This document shows, one piece after another, positions 14,621 through 29,200 of a DNA stretch of 64,000 bases. A program made the position numbers and the translations under genes. Numbering within the stretch: position 1 is the stretch's first letter; the number at the start of each line of letters is the position of its first letter. The DNA is from Chrysomallon squamiferum (Eukaryota; Animalia; Mollusca). The DNA is taken from assembly GCA_012295275.1 (NCBI GenBank), contig CM022670.1, positions 21,514,001 to 21,578,000 of the forward strand, in the 5' to 3' direction. Below the pieces are notes generated by a model that did not search any database, had not been told where the DNA came from, and saw nothing but the letters and a program-made list of their open reading frames with translations.

Positions 14621-15116
14621 GAAGTGATGTCTTGGTTATGGTTTTTTCTTTATTAAAATATTTTTAAAAATGTTGTCTTTTTTGGGGGTGTGTGCTTTGC
14701 TTAGTTTATTTTTTTTTATCTTTCTTAATTCTTAATATCATGAATGGGATGCATTTTTTTACTCTTTTAATGAACATACTGAAATGTTTTTCTCTGCTAA
14801 AATTTTCAATATGTTCAGTTATCTTTTTTCCTGAAACTATGATATTGTGAAATGTATTTATTAAATAAAATGTCTTTTCTTCTCCACTAATAAAATTTCT
14901 GATAAAATAACATTATCATATTATGATATTTATTAAAATGAGATCTGAAATGAAAAAATAATAATTTTTCATCTAAAAGAAACAGAAATATTATTAGTGG
15001 TAAAATTTTCATTTTGTTTATGAATATTTTTATTTTATGATAATAGAAAATTCTATCTGAATTACCAAAAAAACCAACACATTTCATCTCAATTAAAACT
15101 ATCCATCTATTTGTTT

Positions 15117-15273
<157 letters not shown>

Positions 15274-15989
15274 ATTGTATCTTCCTTTTCCCAAAATCAA
15301 ATGAGGTCAGACCTTTATCAAACAAATACTTGGCTCTAACCTTTTTGTATTATATAAATATTTCATTTTTGTTTCTCTTCCTGATGCTAAAATCATGTCA
15401 CTGAGAAAAATGAATGATGCTTCTTTTTCAGTGAACTTGTCTTTACAGTGTTATCTATCCTTCTTTCCATATGTCCTCACATAAATTACACAAAAACTAA
15501 CGACAGTCACTTTATAGATAAATGACATAAAAACAATTCCAATATTCAAAACCAATGTAAGTTAGCAGAAAAACACCATGGCAACCTGGAACAACTATTC
15601 ACTGCATGAAGTTTAATAGATTTGTTGATGACATCATGTTGCTCTATTCTGTAATTATTGGAAATAACTTATAAATAATATCAGTCGTCTTGGCAATAAT
15701 AAATGAAAACTAATACTTGTTTTTTGCTTTCTTGACTTCATGTGGAATGAAGGTAATTTTTATAACTCATCAATACATTCTGAAATATATGTTGAACAAC
15801 ATGAAGATAAATATTTTTTAACAAATTCAAATTCACCATGGTTATAACCGTACACTAACATGTTAACATGTTGACAAAAGAGAATATGCAGTTTATACAA
15901 CTACCACATAAAACCTGATGGTCAGCTTTACTGTTGCAAAAAACCTATGTACAGAATTAATTTTATATGGAATTCACAACCTCAGGTGT

Positions 15990-16300
15990 GACATGCTTCG
16001 AGATCAATCCTTCCTCTTGTACCATTTGGATGATTTTTAATTCCAACCAGTGTTCTGTAACTGGTTAACAAAAACCATCAAGCCTCTTTCCCTATGATTG
16101 AGTCTATATAAAAGATTCCTTACTATTAATAAAAAAAAAAATAATAACTTTTAAGCAGTGTGTAATCATCATTATAAAAAAATTATAAAAAAATTACACC
16201 CTTAAATAAAAAAAAAAAAAAAAAAAAATTCTCCCAGTAACATAATTAGACACTTATCAACTTTTAATATTAAAATGTGTTGTGATGTTGAAGAACAAAT
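15990..16300 (+). mobile_element. Degenerate SINE-like interspersed repeat fragment
   Basis: GATCAATCC..TTCCAACCAGTG..AACTGG..AACAAAA..ATATAAAAGATTCCTT..AAAATGTGTTG resembles a tRNA-derived SINE I recall from gastropod genomes. Related pieces appear near 19120-19180 and 34000-34075. Recognition is from memory, not verified. Confidence 0.4.
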
Positions 16301-17580
16301 ATTTATTCTGTGAAATGTGATGTTAAAAATAGAGTAATTCAAAGACCAGTGACGTATGTCTGTGTAGGATTTATTCCTCTGGCTATCTGTTTGACAAGCT
16401 TAAGAAGTTCAGAGATTTCTGAACACAACAGAGACCAGAGTTGTTGACAGGAATATGGTATATACATTAAGGAAGATTGCTACTGGTTAACATGATGTGA
16501 ATTTTTTTGATTCTCTTGTAAACCCAGGGCTGGTACGTTTTGATTGTTAGTTCATGAAGAATAAATTAAACTACATAAAAATGGTAATAAGGAAATAAAT
16601 AAATAAATAAATAAATAAATAAAAAAAAAAAAAAGAGAAGAATGTAGTTAACAAATAAATAAAAAACACAAATGATACACAAATAAATAAATAAATTAAT
16701 TAATTAATAAAATGAAATGAATATAATTCACTATAATTACATTTCTTTTTTACTTTTTTATTCTAAAATACACTGTTTGAGATGTTCCATAACTCAAAAT
16801 AAAAATACAATAATCACAACTTTAAACTTTGGCAGTTTTCTACAGTATATTATTTCCTTTTCCATTTTCATAACTTGTTAATGTAAAGAAAACTAAATCT
16901 CCTATCCATGGGAAGATGCATCTATTTTACTTCTAATCAGTGACAATATCCTTTAGTGTGCAGTGATAAGGAGATTGCTCTCTCACACTGTCATTTCTGC
17001 ATTACTGTTACTATAATTACAAGCTGTTGTTAAAATCATTCATTAATTTCTCTCTGCAAACGTTCATCGTTTATCTACTTCATACACTGGTTCTTGGTCT
17101 TACACACAGACTGGCAGTTCTACTGACAGAAAGATAAAGATGGTAAGTGCAAATCAGCTGGCGCAAACTCAACATCAGTATGACTAATCTACTCCTCATC
17201 ACAATGTGTACCTTTTTATTACTTTAACCATCCTCAGAGCTTTTATCAAACGTTTCTCTTTTATCATTAGCACTGTTTAATTATTGATGCTATTTTCGTA
17301 AAGATGCGAGTGAAAACAACAACAAAATACAAACCAAAATATTTCTAATTGATCCCTCAGTTTCTTCTTTGGTGGTGACTTTAGTTCTCAGTTCTTCATC
17401 ACTTTATTTTATCAAACTTTTTTTTTTTTTTTTTTTTTGAAAATTCCCCGAGTTTGGATCAATATATTGATTTTCACATTGCTGCACTCAGTGCTGCCCA
17501 AAGTGCAATCTAATTGAAAAGACACAACAGAAATCTGATTTTTCTCTTGAGTGATGCCAGTCAAAGGCCCTAGAAAACTC

Positions 17581-17643
<63 letters not shown>

Positions 17644-18347
17644 CATACATACATATACACACACACATATTACATACATTACATACGTACATAAAATTTC
17701 AGTTATAACACCGTATGTCAATATAGATTTTACCCTATATACCACAATCTGTACACGTTTTTGAAATCCTCTTTAAAAAATTACAAGCATAATCCGTTTT
17801 TCTTTTATTTCAATATTATTGATTTACAGTCAGTTTAATTTACCGTTTAAAAAAAAAAAGGGGGGGTTTGTACATTTGAAACCTTATTTAAAAATATTAA
17901 ATCTGTTTTTGTTTAAGCTGTTATATTATTTCAAAATGAATTCATTTTACTCAGGCATTCTAATATATTTTATTAACAGAAGTATTTAAATTCTTATTTA
18001 TTTTTGTGTATGCCAGTCCATGTATCTTTGCATAATGTGGGGTTGTTAGATTACTGAAAATATTTTACTCTAATTCTGTGATTCATATAGTTACCTAATT
18101 GTTATCCAAAATATCTGAAGAGATAATTTTAAAAAATCATTATTTTAGACAATATATTACAAAATTGATTTCTAATTTTATTTGTTTTTGTATATTGTAA
18201 ATAATAATAATTAGTTATATAATTATTACATATGTAACTGATTTGTGTATAGAAGTATATATATATATACACACACATTTATATATATTTATTATGGAGA
18301 GAAACAGATATTGGTCAATGCATGTATAGCTTTCAGATCATGTACAG

Positions 18348-18386
<39 letters not shown>

Positions 18387-18820
18387 TATAATGAATTCTT
18401 GCCAAAAAACAACAACAAACTCCAAGACCAAAAAATACTTGTCTCTGAATTAACCACACCCCATTTAAACAAAGACAAATTCTCAAAATACTTCTCATCT
18501 CATCATAAGTCTAATTTTAGGTAAAACACACTCACACACACAGAAACAAATATTAACTCTAACTCTGCAATAAAATTGTTTAAAAAAAATATATATATAT
18601 TAAGTCTTTATAGTCTAAAATTAGAATCCTTTTATTTGTCTGAGCATTATTATCTATTAATAGTCTGAGAGTCTAAAGTAAGTATATTATAAAGCAGTGT
18701 AGGAAAGAAGAAAGCGATAATAAATCATTATAAACGATTATTTGTAAACATCAGGAGTGAGAATCAAATATGGCTGAAATAAAACAAACCAAGTGACATA
18801 GCACACATACATAGCAAAAA

Positions 18821-18851
<31 letters not shown>

Positions 18852-20216
18852 ATATAATTAAATTAAAATAAATAAAAGTAATAATAATAAATAGAAAATA
18901 AATTATGTATTTAATAGCTATACAAGACATTGCATATTTATGTTATATATTTCTATACACAAATGAAATTTTACGTCATAATTACACAATATATCTGTAA
19001 TTTTTCTATTTTCTTATAAATTTTATTTTACAATTTTCTGATAGTAACAGGTTTTGATTTCTGATGTGTGATGAGATCAGTACTCATGAGAGGCAAATGT
19101 TAACTATACAGCTTCTATATAAAAGGTCATGGAATGTGTTGTCATGTCTAAAGGAAAATGAAAACAAAAGATACTAATGTGTACAACTTCATGTTTCTTT
19201 TGTTGTTTTTTACTTACAAGGATCATGGAACATTTCTTGTTAAATTTATATAATCCAGATGACAGAAATAATAACATGCATCTTTAAAGTCTTCTATAAT
19301 GTTTATAAATAAACATATTTCTTTATGGTGATTTGTTTTGTCAACTGCTACCCAATACAATACTGAAATACCAAATTCTTATACTGATTTAAAACAAACA
19401 AAAAAAAAAGTCTTCAAAATTTTCTCTTGGTCTGTAGTGAAATAAAATAGTTATAGTACTTTAAAAATTTCTGTGATTTTTTAATTCTCATTCTCCTATA
19501 TTTGATAAATCAACAACAACCTTTAGTGTAAAATATCATCAAACAAATCACAAAATTACAAGTATAAAATTCAGTAGTTTAATGAATTCTGGTTTCAAGT
19601 AATTTTTTTTTATAAACTTTGTACAAAAAGACTGACTTTTTTCCTTTAACAAAATGTTAATAGAACTATTCTGAGTAAAGCGCATTTTTTTTATTCATAT
19701 TTGATATTTTTCCTTCAAAAATGGTATTTTTATCATTATATTTAACATTTAGATAAACCCATACACACCCACACACAATTTTTATTAAAGAAAAGTTCCT
19801 ATTCAAAACATGGTTGTTATAAAAACAAAACTGTTTGCAAAGAACATAAAAAATATAAAAAATAAAATTTAGTAAAAAATATTCTTTTTTCTGTCACAAA
19901 TCCAAGAACACTATCATTACAACAGAAAAAAAAAGTATTATATAATGTATAGCACCAACCATATCTTACTATAAAATTGTGACCAACAAAAACTTCTGAA
20001 ATCAAACAATTTAACATAAATGAGTATCTCATTTCACTGGATAATTCACAAAGACAATGTCTTATTTAATTATATTCACAGGCCAATAAACTACCCAACC
20101 AGTAATTTTTACCAATTTGTTTTATATGATATTCATCCTGTAGTTTTGTTTTTATTCATGTCCAAAATACTGGGGCACTGTACTAAAAATATTTAGTAAC
20201 ATTTTAGTATTTTATC

Positions 20217-23200
20217 TTAAGTAGCATTGACAAGTGAAGAATTTTCTAGAATCTGTCCAACAGAAAGACTAGTAAGAGAACATTCTTTTGTTACTGAGTA
20301 CTCTCCCTGTTCAAGATTGCTGCTAGTTTCTCGCACACATTTCAGTAAATAAGTTGATTCACCAAGAGTTTCAATAACACAATCATGCTCTTTTAATAAA
20401 ACATCTTTTACTGTGTTTCCACCATTTGCCAAATCATTATTCTTAGTTCTTGTTTTTACAAGTGTGTTATTTATTACATCGATAGTGTCCATTGCACAGT
20501 TTTCTTCTTTTAATAAAATATCCATTATATCATTAGTGTCAGTTCCTTTTTCTACAGCAGTCTCATTCTTTACATTGACAAAAGAACTATCTGTATCCAG
20601 CATACAACCATTTTGCATTTGACCATGAAAAAGTTCTATTTTATGAACATTTTCATCATTGGCTATGTCATTGTTTGCTTTTCTATCTACTTCTAAACAA
20701 GGTGTTACATTTTCAGAATTGTGGACCATAACTTCATTTTCTGTTGGAGTTATTTCCCTTCGCTTAATGTCCTGAACACTGATTTTTTCGTCATCTGAAT
20801 CCAGTACAAGAACATCTTTAGCTGCACGTTTCTTTATGAAGCCAGAAAGAACTGCAGCTATGGATTTCTTTTTTCTTTTCTGTAAATATAAACATTTTTT
20901 TTTTTAATAACAGAAAACCTCCCATAAAGATGGGTTCTTGACAATTTTATATATATATATATATAAGTAGATAAATCTCTTGATGTGGTGTAGATTGCTT
21001 TTATACAATAGACTTCATATCAAATTAAAACTGAGAATCTGAAAAATCATGTATAGTGAATTTTCAAACTTATAAAATCATTAATTCTATTTTAAAGTAA
21101 TTCAGAAATTGACTTTAAAACACATTATTAAAAGACAAAAATGTTAAAAATAAGAAATGGAATTGCTAATGAAATGGTCTTACTTTAGGTGGTGGTCTGT
21201 TGGGATCATGCAGCTTGGCATGTTGTAATAATTTACTCTGAAAATAACAATACATAAATAACTTTGACGACTTTAAAAACTAAAGTGATGAAAATCAATT
21301 ACTTAACAACACCAAACACATACTGTAGTATTTATGATTATTGTGTCATTATATTTTTCTTGCTGTTAATACTTCACAGGCCACTTGTAAATATTAGCAA
21401 CACGGGATCTATTAAACACACTTCACTGCAATAATATGTCTGTCATTTATCAAGCAGGATGTGATACTGTACTGAAATGGAATTCAGTTATAACCAAAAA
21501 AGAAAAGTAAATAAATAAACTGCTCACTACTTGTTGTTACTGTTTTATTAAAACAAGCAAAACAAAAAATTCTGTATTTTTATAAGTATATTTGGTAAGT
21601 TTAAACCTCTGGGCAGTTTGTGAACAAAATGCATTTTTTATTTTGTGTTTAAATAAATGTTGCTTTAATTAACATTCAGTCAAATTCCTAAAAATACTGT
21701 TACGATCACATATGAATAAAAACATTTAATTTTAACAGAAAAGACAAAAAAACATTTTACCTTTGAGCATAAAGTACGACCACACCCCTCAACCAAACAA
21801 GGAAAACGTCGACCGTCGTGGTATGATCTGATATGAGCGAGCAGGTTTTTTTCTTCAAAGTACGCACGTGCACATCCATCGCGTGGACACTGGAAAGCCT
21901 GCCGCAGCTCCTGATGAACAGCCATGTGACGTTTCAGCATCGACTTGCGTATGAATGTCTTGTCACACTGAGTACACGAGTGAACTGAAAATACAAGACA
22001 TTAACATTATAAATATGAATATATGTTACAGGACATAATATGTATAATTTCTGAAAATGTCCAAAAAAATATACATAAATCTCTGAACTGAAGTTTTGTG
22101 GCCAGAACCAGTGATGGTCCATGGAGAAACCTAGGCATCGACAGAACCAGGGGTCCATAGAAAGAGCAAACATAAGTGCACACACACACACAGCAATAAT
22201 AACACAGGGTATCAAATATGTTTTTTTTTATTATCTATTCTGACAGTTCTAAGATGGCTAGGTTTGAATCAGATCGGGCCATGTCATTGACAATGGTATT
22301 AAATTACTGTCCATTATCTTTCATTAACATGTCACAATTAATAGCCCACAACATGAATTCAATTGTAGTGGAAAGCAAGTAAATACTTACTTCTTCACTC
22401 TCTGCACGCACACACACACACAAGTTTATATTACTAAAAAGAGGAAGGTAGAAACCAGAAATAATTCTCATTAATAAACAAACAGGTAATTAATTATAAG
22501 ACAATATTAAACAAATTACTTGTGCTGTGTTCAACAGATTTGTGCTTCCAAAGTAATGACCACTTGGCAACTTTAAATGTGCAGCCATCAACATCACAGG
22601 TGAAACCTAAATAAATTTACAAAAATAAAAAATTAAATTTAAAAATAAAGACACTCAATTTGCAAATAATGTAAAATGTAATATGGTTTGGTTTATATTA
22701 AGGAATAATTTCTTTTTACTAATGTTTTGTGATTTAAATAAAACTATCAATAAAATATATAGCTGTCTATCTATGTATTTATAATTTAAAACAAATAAAT
22801 GGAAATGATTTGTGATGCATCAAAAGTTGTATCTATTTATCAAGTGATAGCCTGTGAATTTCATCTTAACACATGAAACATGAGGCAGTCTAACACTAAA
22901 TAACATTACCATTGTGAGTTTTCTGATGCTGTTTCAATTTACTTGGCAACAGGAAACTTTTGCCACAATCATCCACAGGACACCTACAGAAATGTTTAAA
23001 AATATTATTACATTGTCATGTTTTATACTGGTAGTTTGAAAGAGACTTGTATATTAGTAATGGTAAATGATGCTACACAGAAATTACTAAATTTAAAACA
23101 AAACATAGTGAAGATTTTACACCAGTCTATTCAACAAATGACATTTTATATTCTGGTCACTCAATCCAAATTCTAAAAAATAGTTTTATTTAACTTAATG

Positions 23201-26200
23201 TATTCCAACTGACAAGATATGTTTCACTAGAGTGTTCAAATCCATGTACATATAAGGATTCACATTTAAATAGACTTACAAGTCTTTATATCTGTATGTT
23301 CAAATTGGCTTGTATTTAATATACAGAATAATATACTATAGTCAAACTAACTTACACGTAAGGTTTTACATTAGTGTGTTCAAACTGATGGGTTTTCAAT
23401 TGATGATGTTTATGAAAGGTCTTCATACATCCTTCAAATGAACACTGGAATGAAAACGAATTTAATAAAACATTCTACAAACCAAAGTTTTACATCTTTA
23501 ACTTCAAAGTGATCTACATGTAATGTATTATAACTATGATTACAATTACATCAACTGTGGACAATTGGCTGCTATGGAAAACTGCTCAACAGTGTACAGA
23601 CATGAATGATAAATGTATTAACTGAATTCATAGCTTTCATTTTTTTTTTTTTTTTTTTTTTTTTTTTCATTTTAAATCAACATTTATTTCTCAGGTGTTT
23701 ATTTTATTTTTCACTTCATATTTTAAGCTAATTTGGTTACCTTGTAAGACTTCTTTGTGTGAACTTGTTTCAGGTGTTTCTTCAAGTTGTGAGCTAGAGT
23801 AAAAACCTGTCCACATCCTTCATAGGTACAACTGTTTAAAACAAGTGGTGATTTACTGCACACATTTTAGATGTTTGTATGCAGAAATATTTTTTACCTA
23901 TCTATCTGTCTACACATACACACAAATCGGTGTGTTATATGTATATGTATCAAATGTTTTTCACAATTTGCAAACAAGTATCATATTATAACCAAAAACA
24001 AATGGTAGTATTTAAAGTGAACCTTTAATATATATAAGATATAAGGTATGCATTTCGAGATTATGTTTTATTTTTACCATCCAATCTTATTAATAAAATT
24101 TAACAAAAATGCAGTTTAAAAAATATCTGGTTATCAACAGTTTTTTCTAATCATGATGAGATTGAGTGCAAAATGGATCAGTTTGTTCTAAAGTGTCAGA
24201 AAATAAACCTGTTGTGTTGACATGTATTTAATCAGTTGATTCAGTGTCCTTCTTATTCTGTCATAATTCTTTATCACATATTTAAAATCAAAATTACTGT
24301 TCATTTCTTTTTAATTTTTTACAATTTATTTTTTAATACACTACTCGGTGTAATACAATCATACAATGTAAAGCAACCAAAAAAACCTGAGTTCAGAGAG
24401 CATAAATAAAATCTTGAAACTGTTGAAGAATTAAAGACATACTTAAACTTCTGAGGTGTTTTGACATCATCGGTTCTGGGGTGTGATACGTGAATATGAC
24501 GGCGAAGGTGAGCAGCTCTAGCATAAGATTTGGTACATCCTGGTTCTGTGCACACAAATGGCCGCTGGGGAAAGAAACCAAAACAATATAATTAAACATT
24601 ATTTTAACTGAAAAAAAATATATAATAAAATAAACCTGAGTCTTTCTCGTCTGGAGAAAAGGAATTATTACAGTAGTACTATGTTCCCATCTTTTGTCGT
24701 CGATATACATTAATATAATAATAGTTCACTGTGACAATTAATTATATCAATAATTACTAAAAATATTAATTTTTAATATTAGTATTAACTTAATTAAGTT
24801 ATTCACCGCTACAAATCGTCAAATATGAGCAGCTGCTAGTAGGTATGTGGATAAATTTTTCAAACCCCACTAATCTGAAAATAAATAAGACAGTTGGGTA
24901 GAGCTTGTAAACCATTTTAAAATGATACCAAGATCAAGTGAATATGTAAAAAATTAAGGAAGTAGCAGCAATTTTAAACCCCCGGAAAAGCAATTTTTTT
25001 CGTCCGATTAAACGCTATATAAGTCATTAGAGGTCTGTGACCAAAAATAGTAATATTTTAACATTTTCCCATCTATCTTTGTTAATAATCAAGCTTTCTT
25101 GATGAAATTTTCAGAGAAGACCAATGCCAATCTCTGCTATCGATTATATTTGTAAAAATTAAAAAGAAGTTATTAATTAAGATACCAGCAGCCTAACAAA
25201 CGTAAGTGGTAAAAGTGCCGATTTTGTCCATTTCCCGCCCCTCCCAAATCCCTTCTGTAAAATTTAACATGAAAAACAATTACACTCAAATACAGATTAA
25301 TATGCGCTCTTTTAAATGGTGATGTTGTTTTTGTTATGTGTTAAATCAGTAGTTTGTATGAGAGTGTTAAACGTGGTGGGGGTAAGCGAACTTTGTGAAC
25401 ATCCCTAAAGCTAAAGCGGTGTCGCTCTACGAAGCGCTCATCTGAAGGCGGTGTCGCCTTTGCTCAACACCGACTATTTTTAGCCAGGCTATTTTTAGCA
25501 CCCAGGAAGGTCAAAGTTCGATATTTCTAACATCGTACATGTCGTCGCTGTTAATACCAATGGCGTGTAAATTTATAACAAAAGTTATGTCCACAAATGT
25601 ATATTGCTTGCCTAAAAATAAATTTAAAAAAAAAAAATAAAAAAAAATAAAATTAAGAAAGAAAGAAAAAAAGAGTAACAAACATATAAAAGAACCTCTG
25701 CTATTTAAAATGATTGAAGCTATGTTTTTATTTTTAGTAACTTTTGGGATGCATAGTTTTCTCCAGTGTTCGGATTTCTAAAGTATATACATTATAATAT
25801 GAATACGATCAGAAATAAACTAACTTCGTGTTTTGCTTTAAAAATTCTTGCGATAAATGGCGAATTAAAAATCATAAACATAACAAACTGTACTACAAAA
25901 CAGTACAATGAATGTATTCTGTGAATCTAACTACCAGAGGTATTCATAGAATATTAAATACGAAACGTACAACTTTTTCTTTTTAATCGTAAAACCATAA
26001 ACTGATAAATCATAAAGTGTTCAGTTTTAAAACTATTTTTGCTTCAAATTTTGATTTGCTCCATCAGAGAAAACATTAACAGTGGTCACATGATACATTG
26101 ATAGGTACCTTTTGTTTGCTGTCAAATCACAGGAAGTACAAACACAAAGCCATGAAAATTCTATTGTCTGCTTCAAATGACACTTATCATACCTGTCTTT

Positions 26201-29200
26201 AGTGTCATTATTACATACACAATGTATTGCTCCTAATTAAGACCGGCAATACCTTTCTGGAGTAGACTCCAATTTATTATACGAGTTTATGTATTGCAGA
26301 GGATTATAGATAAACATTAATTTGTTTATTTCAGAACGTATTCATATTATAATTATATTCAGTAAAAGTCATAACATATAATAAAACATGCATTATACAA
26401 GTTATTAAAAATATAATCAACACAGATTATAGAAATATAATCATTTAAAATAGCACCAGTTATTTGTAGTTGCACATAAAGTCTTCGGTGACTTGACTAG
26501 GTAGGAAACAATGCACGGCGATCTCGCAACGCACGTGCTACAATGAATAAGCTAAAAATAGGAACATTGAAGAAAAACATACAATGATACAGCCAACAGG
26601 TTATTAAAATATAAACAACATGAATTTATCACTATTTTTTTAATCATAAAACCATAAATTGATCAAACTTAGGTTATTTTTGCATCAAGTGCTGATTTGC
26701 TCCATCAGAGAAAACATCAGCGATGGTCACGTGATACATTGATAGGTATCTTTTGTTTGCTGTCAAAGCACAGGAAGTACGAACACAAAGCCAAGAAAAT
26801 TATTTTGTCTGCTTCAAATGACAGTTACAATACCTGTGTCTTTAATTGTCATGATTACATACACATTGTATTGCTCCTAATAAAGACCAGCAACACCTTT
26901 CTGGAGTCGACTCCAAGGATTATACGAGTTTATGTATTGCAGAGGATTATAGTTAACATCAAATGCTAGTAATCGGCAAAACAATATTAATTCGTTTATT
27001 TCAGAACGAATACATATTATATTTAGTAAAAGTCACAACATCCAATAAAACATGCATCCTACAAGCTATTAAAAATATAATCAACATAGAAATATAATCA
27101 TTTTCAACAGCACCAGATCTTTCTAGCACATTTTAAAATTAAAACGCAAGCAGACATGTATACACAATATTTTATTAAAAATGATATTTGAAATATTAGA
27201 CAAATTGACCTTTCTAACTGTACATAAAATCTACTAAAATTCAAAATTAAATATTATTTTTCTTTTGCTGTGCTCTCACATCTCGGATTGCAATGTGTGT
27301 AGACCTTTGAAGCTGTAGCTGTTTTAGGAGTTAAGGAGTTATTTAATAACTTGCATGAAAGGCATTTTTTGGTTTGTCTGGTTTTCATGGGTGGTTTTGT
27401 CAATATTGGAATAGCAGGTTCCTCTGAATCTTCTCCACAGAGTGAACTGCTATCCAATAGATTGTGTGGTTCTGGGGAAGCAGTAACGTATTGTGGGTTG
27501 CAACTCGGACCAGGTTGGGGCTCATCTTGTTTTCGGGGTACATCCTCAAGATTACAGCTTTCCGTCAATAAAAAATTTTCTGAACATAAACACATAAATT
27601 TGGTAAATTGTACAGCATAAGCCAGATTTCGAAACTTATCGAACTGGTACACAACTTTCTTCACTTCAAGCGAAAGTCTCAACACAGGGGTAGGAGTTAG
27701 TGAAAAATGACTACATAATTCACTAACTGTTGTTGCTCGACTGTTACCACAGCTAGTGTAAATATAAAGCACGTGTCCTTTCAAAAACTCATCTGTTGCA
27801 GGAACTGTGGAATACTTTTCTTGAAGATGCTGTCTACCTAAGCTTGGTTGGTTACATCTAATTAGGCACTGTCTCTTGTTACTCAAAGGCATCTTTTGGT
27901 TATTCACTGAAAAAAACAAGAAAAGAGCTGAGAAGACAACTGAAATAAGTTTTAAAAAGTTGAAATTATGAAAGACAATATTACCAAAATGAAACATCAA
28001 CTGTGGGTCAAACCAAACACTGAAAAAAACCCACACCATTATATGAAAAGAAATGCAAAATTTGAATGACCAATACAAATTAAATCCACACAGAATACAA
28101 TAGCAAGTGCTTATTTGATTTGGTGTTTAGAAACTATAATTGTTTGGTCAATTTTATGATTTTAAAATCCTAAAACATCTTTAGATTTGAGACAATTATG
28201 GATGAAAATACCAATATATTGTTAGGAACATATTTGTCCATCATTCTTATGTAAGATAATTTAAGAAGAATAAGTATTAAGTCAGCATAATCCATTCTCA
28301 AACGTAAGTCCTTATACAGGAAGTTTGGTCTGCCATGACACTTTCACTTCAGCAATCTAACGTCGAAATAACCATGCTTGACGAGATAAAGATTAGAGTT
28401 ACTAGTTAGCATGCTTGCAGCTGCTTGACAAAATTTCAAAGACAATTAGATAAAAAACTACTTTTCATTCGTCTCATGTAACCGGTTTTAGTGACTGTAG
28501 CATGTTGAACATTCGTAATTTTGAAGAAAAAAACTGAAACTCAAACTGGCGATATAACGCCAACAAACCATATTTCACGAGGTAAAAATTACAATTAAGA
28601 GCCTCGAAGCTGCTTCATAAAATTTCAAAGATAATAAAACTAATTATTATGTCCAGCTACTTTTCATTCGTGTCACATAACCGGTTTTAGTTATTGTAGC
28701 ATGTTGAAAATTCCGTAAAAGTTTCAAGATGGCAATCGAAAACCGAAATTACACAGACTATATTTCACGAGGCGATCATAACAATTGAAAGCAACCATAA
28801 CTTTTGATAAAATTGTAAAGACAGTAAGATAAAAAACTAATTATTATGTCCAGCTACTTTTCGTTCGTGTCCAGTAACCGGTTATTGTAGCATGTTGAAA
28901 ATTCCGTAAAAGTTTCAAGATGGTGACCGAACACCAAAATGACCAACAGACCATTTTTCACGAGGCGATCATAACTGTTGAATGCGTCCAAGCATTTTGA
29001 TAAAATTTTAAAGACAATAATATAAAAAACTAATTATTATGTCCAGCTACTTTTCATTCGTGTCACGTAACCGGTTTTAGTTATTGTAGCATGTTGAACA
29101 TTCTGTAAAAGTGTCACGATGGCGATCGAACACCGAAATGACCAAAATACCATATTTCACGAGGCAATCATAACAATTTAAAAAAAACATAACTTTTGAT

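Noticed and set aside
24833-24983. Direct repeats as canonical retrotransposon LTRs
   Set aside because: No TG...CA termini, primer-binding site, polypurine tract, target-site duplication or gag/pol remnants were seen.
27893-28078. Hydrophobic N-terminal part of the 274-aa ORF
   Set aside because: It is the T-rich polypyrimidine region upstream of the acceptor at 27906 and does not begin at an ATG.
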